From Phyllobates terribilis (taxonomy: Eukaryota), in assembly GCF_046119375.1 (NCBI RefSeq), contig NW_027362765.1:389918001-389982000 (forward strand): 64,000 bases of DNA, written 5' to 3'. The position numbers and the translations under genes were made by a program. This document shows, one piece after another, positions 24,901-36,200 of the stretch (position 1 is the first letter of the stretch; every line of letters starts with the position of its first letter). The notes below the pieces were generated by a model. It did no database searches. It worked only from the letters and a program-made list of their open reading frames with translations, and had not been told where the DNA came from.

Positions 24901-27900
24901 TCGTGGGACCAACTGCTGGTCCGACCACTGGGACCAGTACCAATGGACAGAACGAGGAACTTTTCTCCCCATTAGAATGGAGGAGGAGTACATTCTCGAC
25001 CTGTGCTCCATTCATTCTGCATGGGGCCGCCGGGTGCTGCATTCAGCATTTTAGTCAGCCCCAAAGAGAAAGAATGGAGCTGCAGTCGGGCGTCTGAATT
25101 CCCGCTCCAATCTAACTAGAAAAAAAAGTGCTCCGTAGGGGAGTTAATCGGTGCGAGTCCTAGACATCGTACACCCACCAATCAATAAGTTATCACCAAT
25201 CCTTTGGATAGGTGATAACTTGTTTTCAACGGAGAACCCCTTTAAATTAAATATAGTCCATGCCGTAATTTCTCACGAAAGCCACAATATGTTTGATGAT
25301 ATAATGTTGCGATCAGAGACGAAATGAACACTATTTTGGCCTCCATTGGGTAAATAAGCTTGGAGTGTATGCCAGGAGCTTTCCAGAGTAAAGTGATATG
25401 AACAGGGTCTAAAGCCCCCCAAACACATTTTACTAATATCCTTCGAAGCCGCTGATATTGACAGGATCAGCCGATGGTCTAATTTGTATGAAGCCCCCGA
25501 CTGTTGATTATTGGAGGAAGATAAGGATCCGGTGTTTCTGATTTTGGACTGCTGATCCTTTTGCTATCCGAGAGATAAGCTGAAGCTCCCCCCATAGAGA
25601 ACACTGGAGCGATTGGTCGATCGAGTGCTCCTGTGGATGGGAGAGTTGATCGAGTTAGCTCCCGGTTGAACAGTCGGACCGCTATATAAAGTGTATGGGG
25701 GCTTAACTCTCCGATAAAGGGAGACAGCAAGATATTCCTGAATCAGAAAGTCAGATTTTGCCAGTAGTCTACCATGTAGGTCAATATATTTGTATTTTAT
25801 TATAATTCCCCATTTTTTATTTTGCAGTCATTCTTCTTCTCCATCGAGCATCTACAAGCCAGTGAGTGTCCTAGGTCCAGTTTCTGTGTATCGGCGCCTT
25901 GTGTTTCATAGCACAGGAGGACTCATCAATGTTATCTTCAAGTTTCTTTATCAAATAATTTTTATCTTTTTTTCATATCTAGAAAAAGGCGTCAAGAAAA
26001 GTGAATGTAAGAGAACAGGAGAACGCACGTCGTAAAGACACTAGAAAGGTACAGACTGCCCTTCAATCATCAGGATCGGTCAGTGCGTGGCCAAGATCGG
26101 TGGGGTCAGACCTTCACGGATTATTTTTTTCCCTTCTGTTTATCCAGAAAAGATCTCGCCTGAAGCTTTTAGACTTGTTCCAAAGCCCAGAACTTCTGAG
26201 TGGTCACCAGGGTCAGAGACTGGAAACAGACAAGAAACAAGAAGACGGAGAAAGGGAGACAGAGAATATACAATGCTCTGAGAGCAAGAGGGGATCGGTA
26301 ACATAACAGTGTATTAGTATTGGTCTGAGCCCTCTCTGATGGCCAAAGTTACTTTACACTTTATTGCAAATTCGGTTTATTGACAAACTTTTACATACTT
26401 TCTGCTTTTTGCAGAAAACTTTGTGATCCCGGGAAAGAAAACTTTATTGTTTCCGATAACATGTGAACCTTTTCTGTACTTTTCTCTTTAGATGGCTGAC
26501 GTCAGTCCGACGTTTAAGGATGCCGAAGAGGAAAGCGACGACCTCATAGGAGATTTCTCCAAAGTACGTGATAAACTCTTCGGTGTCGTCAATTGTGAAA
26601 AAAATGCTAAATAATTGGGAAGTATTGCAGGATATATCGGAGAGCTGTATCATCATATATTCAGTATTTAGTAAGTCATCAAAATAACAGAAAATATTCC
26701 CATTGTAGGCATTTATGCCATAGCGTGTATATACGGTACACGATAGGAGCGGGTCCCGGGAGTGGAGCATTGGGCGCCCTGCGACCCTCATCTGCCAATT
26801 CACAGCCTTTTATGGTACAGTAAAATGGTTTCCAAGGGATAGGTGATAACTTGCCGATTGCTGGGGATTTAACAGCTGAGACCCCCACAGATCCCAAGAG
26901 CATGAATGCCCCGAGTGGTGGCCACATGTGTGCACAGGCGCGTCATTCATTGTCTATGGATGTGCAGGAGACAGTGATCATCAATGTCCGGAAGCCCCAA
27001 GGAATAGAGCAGTGACTGCGCTCTTGGCATCAGTAGGGGATCCAGTAAAACCCCTTTAACTGGAAATCCAATAACTGTCTGAACAATGAGGTGTCCACTC
27101 CTACCACCAATCCTTAGAATGGTCCTCCTCCTCCATTTCTCTTCATATTCACAGTCGCTGACTAGTCGGTTGTACAGAGGCACTCCATACACCGCCATAT
27201 AGTGTTTCCGTACAGAAATATTATCCCCTAGTAGCATTTCCATTTTTCTGCAAGGTCATCAATGAAAATAATGGAAGTGCCAGACCCCTTACATGCTGGA
27301 CCCACGCAGAGCTCGAAGGGACAGATTGTCTATAATGGGGGTCCATCATTTTATGTAAAGTAACAATGAACAGTCAGAAACGATCATCTTGTAAATGGCT
27401 CTTATAAAAGTTACTAAACACAAGTGAATGTATCTTTCGCAGCCTCACATCCTACCGGTAGAAAGGGGCAATCACCAGGACCTGAAATATATCACTTGTA
27501 ACACAGTAAGTAGCTGCAATAAAGTATCAAATCTTTTTAAAAGGGAGTTATTCACATTCACTGCTATGGCTAGAAGGGAAAAAAAAATTGGACCTGCCGA
27601 CCATAGTCGGTGTGAATCGGTTTGTACGACCCGGTTCATTGCCCGTGACGGCAATCAGTGGCGGGAGAAGAGAAATGCCTTTACCTGACGGCATTGTGAC
27701 TTCTCCTATGATCAACCGGATTGGTGCGATGTAATTTTTACGGCATGATGCACAAGTCGCACCAAAAGAAGATTTAGGTACAAGGCGGCTCTCCCGCTCC
27801 AGTCCAGTGTCGTGATCAATGGTCCGGGCTGTGCAAATCGATTTGCTCCAATACTGCCACTAAGCCTTTTAGTTTGACAACCTATGGAATAGTATACCGC

Positions 27901-30900
27901 CATATAGTCCCTGAATGCTGGTGCTGTAAAGTGTCCAAATAAGTAATACACCCAATACCCTGATAGTGCCCTGCGTACAGCATCCATAAGTTTCATCCGG
28001 TCCACAGACACTACGTACATTGTCCTGGCGTGCCATTCCCCATGTAGTGGAAAATAACGCTGCACTTTACCCACATAAATGTGACATACATACATTGGCA
28101 CAGTGACGCTATAAAGGTGGCAAAACTAGTATTGTCTTATTGACATTACTAGCGCTACAAAAGTAATAGTTCATGTCTCCAGCAGGTCCGACTAGTTGTT
28201 GGCTTCTTTGGGAATTGGGTACGGAACATTGTTATTATGTACCAGGTTGTAGTTGCGAGGGAAAAGCTGCCAACTAACCCCACATAAAAGGCTAAAACTG
28301 GCAGATTTTTCTCACATTTGCAATATTAATTTTTGTTGTTTTTCTCGAGCAAAAACAGAACAACAAAAATGATGGAAGTGCTGGATCCTTCACATGACGG
28401 ACATTGCAGCACAATTGTGCAAAAAATGTTGTGAAGTTTAAAAAAGTTACAGATGATGAATTATACAGAAATATCAGGATAATGAAATCCAAAAGAAAAG
28501 GAAAACAGTCGAAACAAATACAATTAGCTTAAAAAGGAACAAATAGGAGCAAATTAAGAAAAAAGTAATTATTTTAGGACCATTTTGCAGTGCAGAAGCA
28601 ATGATGAATCTGCCCCTTAAAATATCTTCATATTCTGTATTCCCGGGGATTTATCTATCTCCTGATGCTTTATACTCAGCTAGCGCACCTGCTCGGCGGA
28701 GGATATCAGGGCGATGTACAGACGTACCTTCTAGTGGACTGCCGCTATCCATATGAATACACTGGAGGACACATCAAGGTATGACGCTCTATGGACCCAC
28801 TGACATTGTGTATGTACCATGTGTTTAAAGAGGTATTCCCAAAAAATTAAGTTATCCCTTATCCATTGATTACTTGCTAATCGTTGGGGGTCTGACCACT
28901 GGGACCTTCACCGATCCCAAAAAGGCGGCTTTGGAACCACAAGAATGAGGCTCCGCAACCCCATGGTGTTTGGAGCAGAGGTCTCTGCTCCATTGCTTAT
29001 AGGACTGACAGAAAGAACCGAGCGCAGTGCTCAGCAGATCCGAGCATGCACATCTCCGCTACATTCACAATGGGGCTAAGGAGCCTCGTTCTCAGGGTGC
29101 CACAGCCCCATTTCTCATGATGGCTGAGGGTCCTTCAAATGCACAAAGCCTAAGAATGAAGGAGCTGCAGTGCTGCAACTGTGCAGAGAATTGCATGTAG
29201 CCCAATTTAACGGACTGCTGTGACCACCTTCATTCTTATGATCAACGGTGGTCCTGCAGATCACACCCCAGTGATCGTTAAGCTACGACATATCCTAGCG
29301 ATATTCTATCACTTACTGACGTGGGTAAAGCCACTTTATGTTGGGTCAATAATGGAGGCGCAAGTGGAATGTCCACTGTGGTCTGCTTGTGTCTTAGTAA
29401 TAGTCATTCACTCGGATCTTTGTGAATATTACCACATTTTATAGTGAAGCTGATCATACACGGAAGGAAAGAATAACTTCTCTTTGCTTTTAACAGGGGG
29501 CCCTGAACTTCTATAGAGAAGACCAAATTTCAGAGCATTTTCTTCAGAGCCCATCCTTTGCCCCTGGCCGAAGAGTAGTCATCTTCCACTGCGAATTCTC
29601 CTCTGAAAGAGCTCCAAAACTGTGCGTAGAAACGATTTATGCATTTATCATCCGTATCATTTAAGAAAACATACACTATGGTGAAGTGCAGCCGGGGAGG
29701 AAGGATTAACAAGCTTCTCCGTCCTTATCCACTTCCCACCATGGCAAATTTTCTATTTTTATACTTTCGTCTTTTCCTCTTCTTCTTCCAAAAACTTTTT
29801 TTTTTATATTTCCGTTGACGCAGCCGTATAAGAGCTTGTATTTTTACAGTTTTGAGTAATGTTCATTTTATCGTTGTAACAAAAGAAAAACAACGCTAAA
29901 GAAAAAAAACAATCGATACACCAGAATTGCAATTTTTTTTATCAACGTGCCTCCCCTAAAAAAAGTAATAAAAAGGTATCTGGTCAATGTATGTCCTCAA
30001 AATGGAACAAATAAAAAAATCAACTTGCCAAGCAACAAGCAAACTCCATTACCGCTCCATTGATGGAAAAATAAAAAAGTTATGAGTCTCAGAAAATGGC
30101 AACAATTTTTGTTTTTGCAAAGTTCTACATTTTTTAAAACCACTGAAATAATAACAATAAAATATATATTTTTAGTATCACCGTAATCGTACCAACTGGA
30201 AGATTTCATGTTGCTGGATAATTTTTAACGCACATTGAATGACGTAAACACTAAATCGGAAAAACTACAGTGCAATTTCTGTTTTTCGTCATTTCAAACC
30301 ACTTTGAAATTATTCCTGAAAAGTACAGTATATGGGAAAATGAATGGTGTCAGCCAAAGCAATAACAAAATCTCATAAAAAAAAAGTTTTGGAAGAAGGA
30401 AAGGAAAACACGAAAGCACAAAAAAAAAAAAAATTTGGCTCAAATGAGAAGGGGCTAAAGTGCTTGTCTAGGGGGTACATTAGCAAAATATTCTGAATTG
30501 TTAACTTGTATTTTGAAAACTTTTCTTTTCTTTCAATCAAGATGTCGGATTTTCAGAAACCTGGACAGAAAAGCGAACCGGTATCCTCACCTGTACTACC
30601 CCGAACTCTATCTGTTACAGGGAGGATATAAGGAATTCTACGAAACATTCAAAGTGAGTATTTCATTTTATTTAGAGAAAAAGTTAGCATATAGTTAGCT
30701 TTATTCACCAAAAATGCATTGTTTGCGGGGGTTTTTTTCAGCGTTTTTCCACTTTCTCGTTGTTTTTGATGGTGAAAAAAATGCTGCAAAAACGCTGAAA
30801 GAATTAACATTCAGCAGATTTAAAAAAGCAGCAGTTTTCCAAATCAGTCAGGAAAAACAGTAATCGTGTGCATGAGATTTCTGAAATTTCCAGCTTTTGC

Positions 30901-32300
30901 TGGTTCTGTAAAAATTGTAATAAAAGCAAATTTTAATTTGCATTTAAAAAATGCAGCAAAAATGCAAGTGTGAACATAGCCTAAGACGCAGTGGGTTTTC
31001 TGCAAGCAAATCCGCAGATTTAAATCCACAGCATTTATGCCATGTGTGGAACTTAAGTTTAACCTTTTAAGGACCCTGGGGTTTTTCCGTTTTTGTATTT
31101 TCGTTTTTTGCTCCCCTTGTTCCCAGAGCCATAGCGTTTTTATTTCTTGGTCAATATGACCATGTGAGGGTTTATTTTTTGCGGGATGAGTTGTACTTTT
31201 GAACGACATTGCTTGTTTTACCATATCGTGTACGGAAAACAGGAAAAAAAATCCAAGTGCGGAGAAATTGCAAAAAAAGTGCAATACCACTACACAGATG
31301 TTTTTTTTTTATTTTCTTTTACCAAAGTCACTGAATGCTAAAACTGACCTGCCATTATTATTCTCCAGGTCCTTCCGAGTTCGTAGATACCAAACATGTA
31401 TAGGTTCTTTTTTATTTAAGTGGTGAAAAAAAAAAAAAAAGGTGCCATTTTCCAAGACCCGTAGCGTCTCCATTTTTCGGGATCTGGGGCCTAGTGAGTG
31501 CTTATTTTTTGCGCACCGAGCTGAAGTTTTTATTGATACTATTTTGGGGTAGATCCGATGTTTTGATCGCCCGTTATTGCATTTTATTGCAATGTTGCGG
31601 CGACCAAAAAACGTAATTCTGGAGTTTAGAATTTTTTTCTTGTTGCGCCGTTTACCGATCGGATTAATTCTTTTATTATATTGATAGATCGGACGATTCT
31701 GAACGTGGCAATACCAAATATGTGTATGTGGGTTTTTTTTTTATTACTTTATTTTGAATGGGGCGAAAGGGGGTGATTTAAATGTTTATATTTATTTTTT
31801 TTTTTATATTTTTAAAAACTTTTTTTTACACTTTTTGCTTGGTTCTATAGTCTCCATAGGAGACTAGAAGCCACACTTGTCTGATCAGCTCTGCTACATA
31901 GAGATGATGAGCAGATCACCTCTATGTAGCAGAAATGCTCCTGTGCTATGAGCGCCGACCACTAGGTCATCCATCCCCCCGGTAAGCTACCTTCAGATTA
32001 TAAAATGCACCCCCATTTTCCTCCAAAATTTTTTTGGGAAAAAAGTGCATCTTAAATATCGTATTTTTTTAATTATATCAGTAATTTATGCTTTTTTTTT
32101 TTTTCTTCCAGTGCCTGTGTGAGCCTCAAGGTTACGTCAAAATGGTTCACAAGGATTTCCGAGACCAATTAAAAAAATATCAAAAAAAGAAAAAGAATTT
32201 ATCCGGACAAAGGATCCGAAAAGAACTTTTTAAGCCGCTGACCTCGAGTAAAAGCTTCAGTCCTGTTACGACACAAAGTGCTGAAATTGTAGAGCTCTAA
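18813..32300 (+). CDS. cdc25d: CDC25-family (M-phase inducer) dual-specificity phosphatase, probably the cdc25d paralog; about 450 aa. Model: join(18813..18979,21318..21534?,23593..23645?,25828..25861,25983..26048,26148..26297,26492..26563,27443..27505,28680..28778,29497..29621,30542..30653,32112..32300)
   Basis: N-terminal [12 protein letters not shown]|[11 protein letters not shown] resembles CDC25 LSPVT.L and TP[KR]R motifs. Catalytic domain reads DLIGDFSK|[32 protein letters not shown]|[18 protein letters not shown]|CRIFRNLDR...[30 protein letters not shown]. Catalytic-domain exon boundaries and phases match CDC25A/B. The exon 2 donor and exon 3 are uncertain. Family assignment is secure; the paralog name is inferred. 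Confidence 0.88.
19510..21000. repeat. Satellite-like array of hairpin units (about 32-bp inverted arms, about 27-nt loop, AT-rich linkers) in cdc25d intron 1
   Basis: TTCAGG...GGAAAG(T/A)TGG(G/C)TGACAACCA - loop - TGGTTGTCACCCAGCTTTCCTAGACTCCTGAA recurs about 9-10 times at 110-190 bp spacing. Confidence 0.88.
21318..21534 (+). CDS. cdc25d: CDC25-like coding exon 2 (3' end uncertain: 21424 or 21534)
   Basis: TTTTCTCAG acceptor, phase fits exon 1; [23 protein letters not shown]... Confidence 0.6.
21600..22260. mobile_element. Palindromic MITE family copy, partly duplicated and interrupted by a SINE
   Basis: AAAAATGTTGCACCGTTTGGCTTTTACAG ... ATTTTTAGCCCCAAATACA. Other copies at about 5215-5340, 22480-22810, 48895-49190, 58160-58460 and 62335-62640. 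Confidence 0.6.
21920..22088 (-). mobile_element. V-SINE-like copy with an intact tRNA-like head
   Basis: Minus strand reads GGCAGCACAGTGGCTCAGTGGTTAGCAC (A box)...GGGTTCAAATCCC (B box), then the V-domain. Confidence 0.85.
23593..23645 (+). CDS. cdc25d: Candidate small CDC25-like exon
   Basis: Strong poly-T...CAG acceptor; [18 protein letters not shown]. Phase bridges 21534 to 25828, but the donor (GTATAA) is weak. Confidence 0.35.
23999..24141. mobile_element. Harbinger-type MITE
   Basis: TAA flanks on both sides. Internal sequence homologous to 13481-13675. Confidence 0.65.
25828..25861 (+). CDS. cdc25d: CDC25-like 34-nt exon
   Basis: TTTTGCAG acceptor, GTGAGT donor; [11 protein letters not shown]. 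Confidence 0.6.
25983..26048 (+). CDS. cdc25d: CDC25-like exon (basic, NLS-like)
   Basis: [22 protein letters not shown]; phase 0/0. Confidence 0.6.
26148..26297 (+). CDS. cdc25d: CDC25-like exon
   Basis: TTTATCCAG acceptor; [17 protein letters not shown]...SESKRGS; GTAACA donor. Confidence 0.65.
26492..26563 (+). CDS. cdc25d: CDC25-like exon
   Basis: [24 protein letters not shown] (conserved LIGDFSK). Confidence 0.88.
27443..27505 (+). CDS. cdc25d: CDC25-like exon (63 nt)
   Basis: [21 protein letters not shown]; compare CDC25B LQTVDGKHQDLKYISPET. Confidence 0.92.
28680..28778 (+). CDS. cdc25d: CDC25-like exon (99 nt, CH2A motif)
   Basis: [33 protein letters not shown]. Confidence 0.95.
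29497..29621 (+). CDS. cdc25d: CDC25-like active-site exon
   Basis: [10 protein letters not shown]...[16 protein letters not shown] (HCX5R). Confidence 0.95.
30542..30653 (+). CDS. cdc25d: CDC25-like exon (CH2B motif)
   Basis: [37 protein letters not shown]. Confidence 0.95.
32112..32300 (+). CDS. cdc25d: CDC25-like last coding exon
   Basis: [24 protein letters not shown]...IVEL*. Candidate polyA signal AATAAA at 32825-32830. Confidence 0.92.
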   Translation, partial: CLCEPQGYVKMVHKDFRDQLKKYQKKKKNLSGQRIRKELFKPLTSSKSFSPVTTQSAEIVEL

Positions 32301-33209
32301 CTCTAAAACGACTGAACGGACGTCCAGCAACAGAAATCATGGCCACCTACCAACCAAGGAAAACAAGGCAATACCATGAGACTGTAAATGGTGAGGTCAC
32401 TAGTCCTAGAGACAGGTCAAAAAATACAGGAGGGGGATGGGCACAGATACCCCCACAATAACTGGAACAAAAAAGCCATAGTGACCACCACCTTCCATGA
32501 ACCATTCGCGGCGTCCTTCAGAAGAGGCATCGTAAAACCATTTTAATCTGTTCTTCACCAGTTCTGAAAAATTTCTCATACCATAGAAATAATTTATTGG
32601 CTCCTATTGGACTCCCTTGGCTTCAATAAGAAAAGATGAAGAAATCAGGCCATTACAAAGTCGAGCAGAACTCGGCAGTCCCTTTCTTCCAGTCTTCGGT
32701 GGAGGCAAAACCAAACTGCTCAAAGCCACCACTGATAAGAAGCTCGGACTCGTCTGCGTAACCTAAAGCCTTTGCAGCGTCCATGGTCATCTTTCATGTA
32801 TTCGCTCAAGATCAATATACAGATAATAAAGTTCAACGTTTCGCCATCTTCTCAAAACTGAGACTTTTTCAGGTGCTTTTCTGATGGAAAAGACTCAGCT
32901 GTGACCCGGAGTCAAAACATTGCACTTTATGTTCTGTATGCTGCGGGTGAGCTAATACATCCAAGAAGATGATCCTTGGTACAGTGTAGGATTTATGGGA
33001 TTATATGGGATTGAGGACACAACATTTTTCACTTTCATCCGTTGGGAGTTAGTGCCCTCCTGCGCATAATTAAATAAATCTCTGTAACCTGTAATTTGTT
33101 TATTACATTGGGACAGCAGAGAATAAAGGACGAGATGCTCAGCTCAGAGATATAAAGTTATCAGTGATCTCCTTCAGTGTTTTCATGTATTAAGTTGTGT
33201 TTCCCATGT

Positions 33210-36200
33210 CAGGACTTCTAGAGAAAGCCTGAGAGTCCTGCTTCCTTCCCCACTCATAGAGAAAGCCTGTGAGTCCTGCTTCCTCCCCCACTCATAGAGA
33301 AAGCCTGTGAGTCCTGCTTCCTCCCCCCACTCAGAGAAAGCCTGTGAGTCCTGCTTCTTACATCCACTCATATAGAAAGCATGTGAGTCCTGCTTCTACA
33401 TCCACTTATCAAGCCTGTGAGTCCTGCTTCTCCCACCCACTCATAGAGAAAGCCTGTGAGTCCTGCTTCTTACATCCACTCATAGAGAAAGCTAATAAGT
33501 CCTGCTTCCTCCCCCCACTCCTAGAGAAAGCCTGCGAGTCCTGCTTCTTACATCCACTCATATAGAAAGCATGCGAGTCCTGCTGCCTCCACCCACTCAT
33601 AGAGAAAGCCTGTGAGTCCTGCTTCCAGCACCCACTCATATAGAAAGCCTGTGAGTCCTGCTGCCTCCAAGCACTCATAGAGAAAGCCTGTAAGTCCTGC
33701 TTACTCGACCCACTCATAAAGAAAGCCTGTGAGTCCTGCTTACTCCACCCACTCATATAGAAAGCCTATGTGAGTCCTGCTTCCTGCACCCACTCATAGA
33801 GAAAGCCTGTGAATAATGCTTCCCCCACTCATTCATAGAGAAAGCCTGTGAGTCCTCCTTCTCCATCCACTCAGAGAAATCCTGTGAGTCCTGCTTCCCC
33901 CACCCACTCATATTGAAAGCCTGTGAGTCCTGGTTCCCCCACCCACTCATATAGAAAGCCTGTGAGTCCTGCTTCCCCCACCCATTGATAGAGAAAGCCT
34001 GTGAGTCCTGCTTCTCCATCCACTCATAGAGAAAGCCTGTGAGTCCTGCTTCTCGATCCACTCATATAGAAAGCCTGTGAGTCCTGGTTCCCCCACCCAC
34101 CCATATAGAAAGCCTGTTAGTCCTGGTTCCCCCACCCACTCATAGGGAAGGCCTGTGAGTCCTGCTTCTTACATCTACTCATAGAGAAAGCCTGTGAGTC
34201 CTGCTTCTCCATCCATTCATAGAGAAAGCCGGAGTCCAGCTTCCTGCACCCACTCATAGAGAAAGCCTGTGAGTCCTGCTTCTCCATCCACTCATAGAGA
34301 AAGCCTGAGTCCTGCTTCTCCGTCCACTCATATAGAAAGCCTGTGAGTCCTGCTGCCTCCACCCACTCATAGAGAAAGCCTGTAAGTCCTGCTTCCTGCA
34401 CCCACTCATATAGAAAGCCTGTAAGTCCTGCTTCCTGCACCCACTCATATAGAAAGCCTGTGAGTCCTGCTTCCCCCACCCATTCATAGAGAAAGCCTGA
34501 GCCTGTGAGTCCTGCTGCCTCCACCCACTAATAAAGAAAGCCTGTGAGTCCTGGTTCCCCCACCCACTCATAGAAAGCCTGTTAGTCCTGCTTCTCCCAC
34601 CCACTCATAGAGAAAGCCTGTGAGTCCTGCTTCTTACATCCACTCATAGAGAAAGCCTGTGAGTCCTGTTTCCTGCACCCACTCATAGAGAAAGCCTGTG
34701 AGTCCTGCTTCTCCATCCACTCATAGAGAAAGCCTGTGAGTCTTGCTTCTCCATCCTCTCATATAGAAAGCCTGTGAGACCTGCTGCCTCCACCCACTCA
34801 TAGAGAAAGCCTGTGAGTCCTGGTTCCTGCATCCACTCATATAGAAAGCCTGTGAGTCCTGCTTCCCCCACCCATTCATAGAGAAAGCCTGTGAGTCCTG
34901 CTTCTCCATCCACTCATAGAGAAAGCCTGTGAGTCCTGGTTCCCCCACCCACTCATATAGAAAGCCTGTGAGTCCTGCTGCCTCCACCCACTCATATAGA
35001 AAGCCTGTGAGTCCTGCTGCCTCCATCCACTAATAGAGAAAGCCTGTGAGTCCTGGTTCCCCCACCCATTCATAGAGAAAGCCTGTTAGTCCTGCTTCCC
35101 CAACCCACTCATAGAGAAAGCCTGTGAGTCCTGGTTCCCCCACCCACGCATAGAGAAAGCCTGTGAGTCCTGCTTCTTACATTCACTCATAGAGAAAGCC
35201 TGAGTCCTGCTTATCCATCCATTCATAGAAAAAGCCTGTGAGTCCTGCTTCCTGCACCCACTCATAGAGAAAGCCTGTGAGTCCTGCTTTTCCATCCACT
35301 CATAAAGCCGGTGAGTCCTGCTTCTCCGTCCACTCCTATAGAAAGCCTGTGAGTCCTGCTGCCTCCACCCACTCATAGAGAAAGCTTGTAAGTCCTGCTT
35401 CCTGCACCCACTCATATAGAAAGCCTGTGAGTCCTGCTTCCCCCCCACCCACTCATAGAGAAAGCCTGTGAGTCCTGCTTCCCCCACCCACTCATATAGA
35501 AAGCCTGTGAGTCCTGCTGCCTCCACCCACTAATAGAGAAAGCCTGTGAGTCCTGGTTCCCCCACCCACTCATATACAAAGCCTGTTAGTCCTGCTTCCC
35601 CCACCCACTCATATAGAAAGCCTGTGAGTCCTGCTTCCCCCACCCACTCATAGAGAAAGCCTGTGAGTCCTGCTTCTTACATCCACTCATAGAGAAAGCC
35701 TGTGAGTCCTGCTTCTCCATCCACTCATAGAGAAAGCCTGTGAGTCCTGCTTCCTGCACCCACTCATAGAGAAAGCCTGTGAGTCCTGCTTCCCCTACCC
35801 ATTCATAGAGAAAGCCTGTGAGTCCTGCTTCTCCGTCCACTCATAGAGAAAGCCTGTGAGTCCTGCTTCTCCGCCCACTCATAGAGAAAGCCTGTGAGTC
35901 CTGCTTCCCCCACCCATTCATAGAGAAAGCCTGTGAGTCCTGCTTCTCCATCCACTCATAGAGAAAGCCTGTGAGTCCTGGTTCCCCCACCCACTCATAT
36001 AGAAAGCCTGTGAGTCCTGCTGCCTCCACCCACTAATAGAGAAAGTCTGTGAGTCCTGCTTCCCCCATCCACTCATAGAGAAAGCCTGTGAGTCCTGCTT
36101 CTTACATCCACTCATAGAGAAAGCCTGTGAGTCCTGCTTCTCCATCCACTCATAGAGAAAGCCTGTGAGTCCTGCTTCCTGCACCCACTCATAGAGAAAG

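Noticed and set aside
32825-32880. Minus-strand CTGAAAAAG...stem...GAAACGTTG hammerhead-like motif
   Set aside because: The core does not match CTGANGA, there are extra bases before GAAA, and it overlaps the likely cdc25d polyA region.
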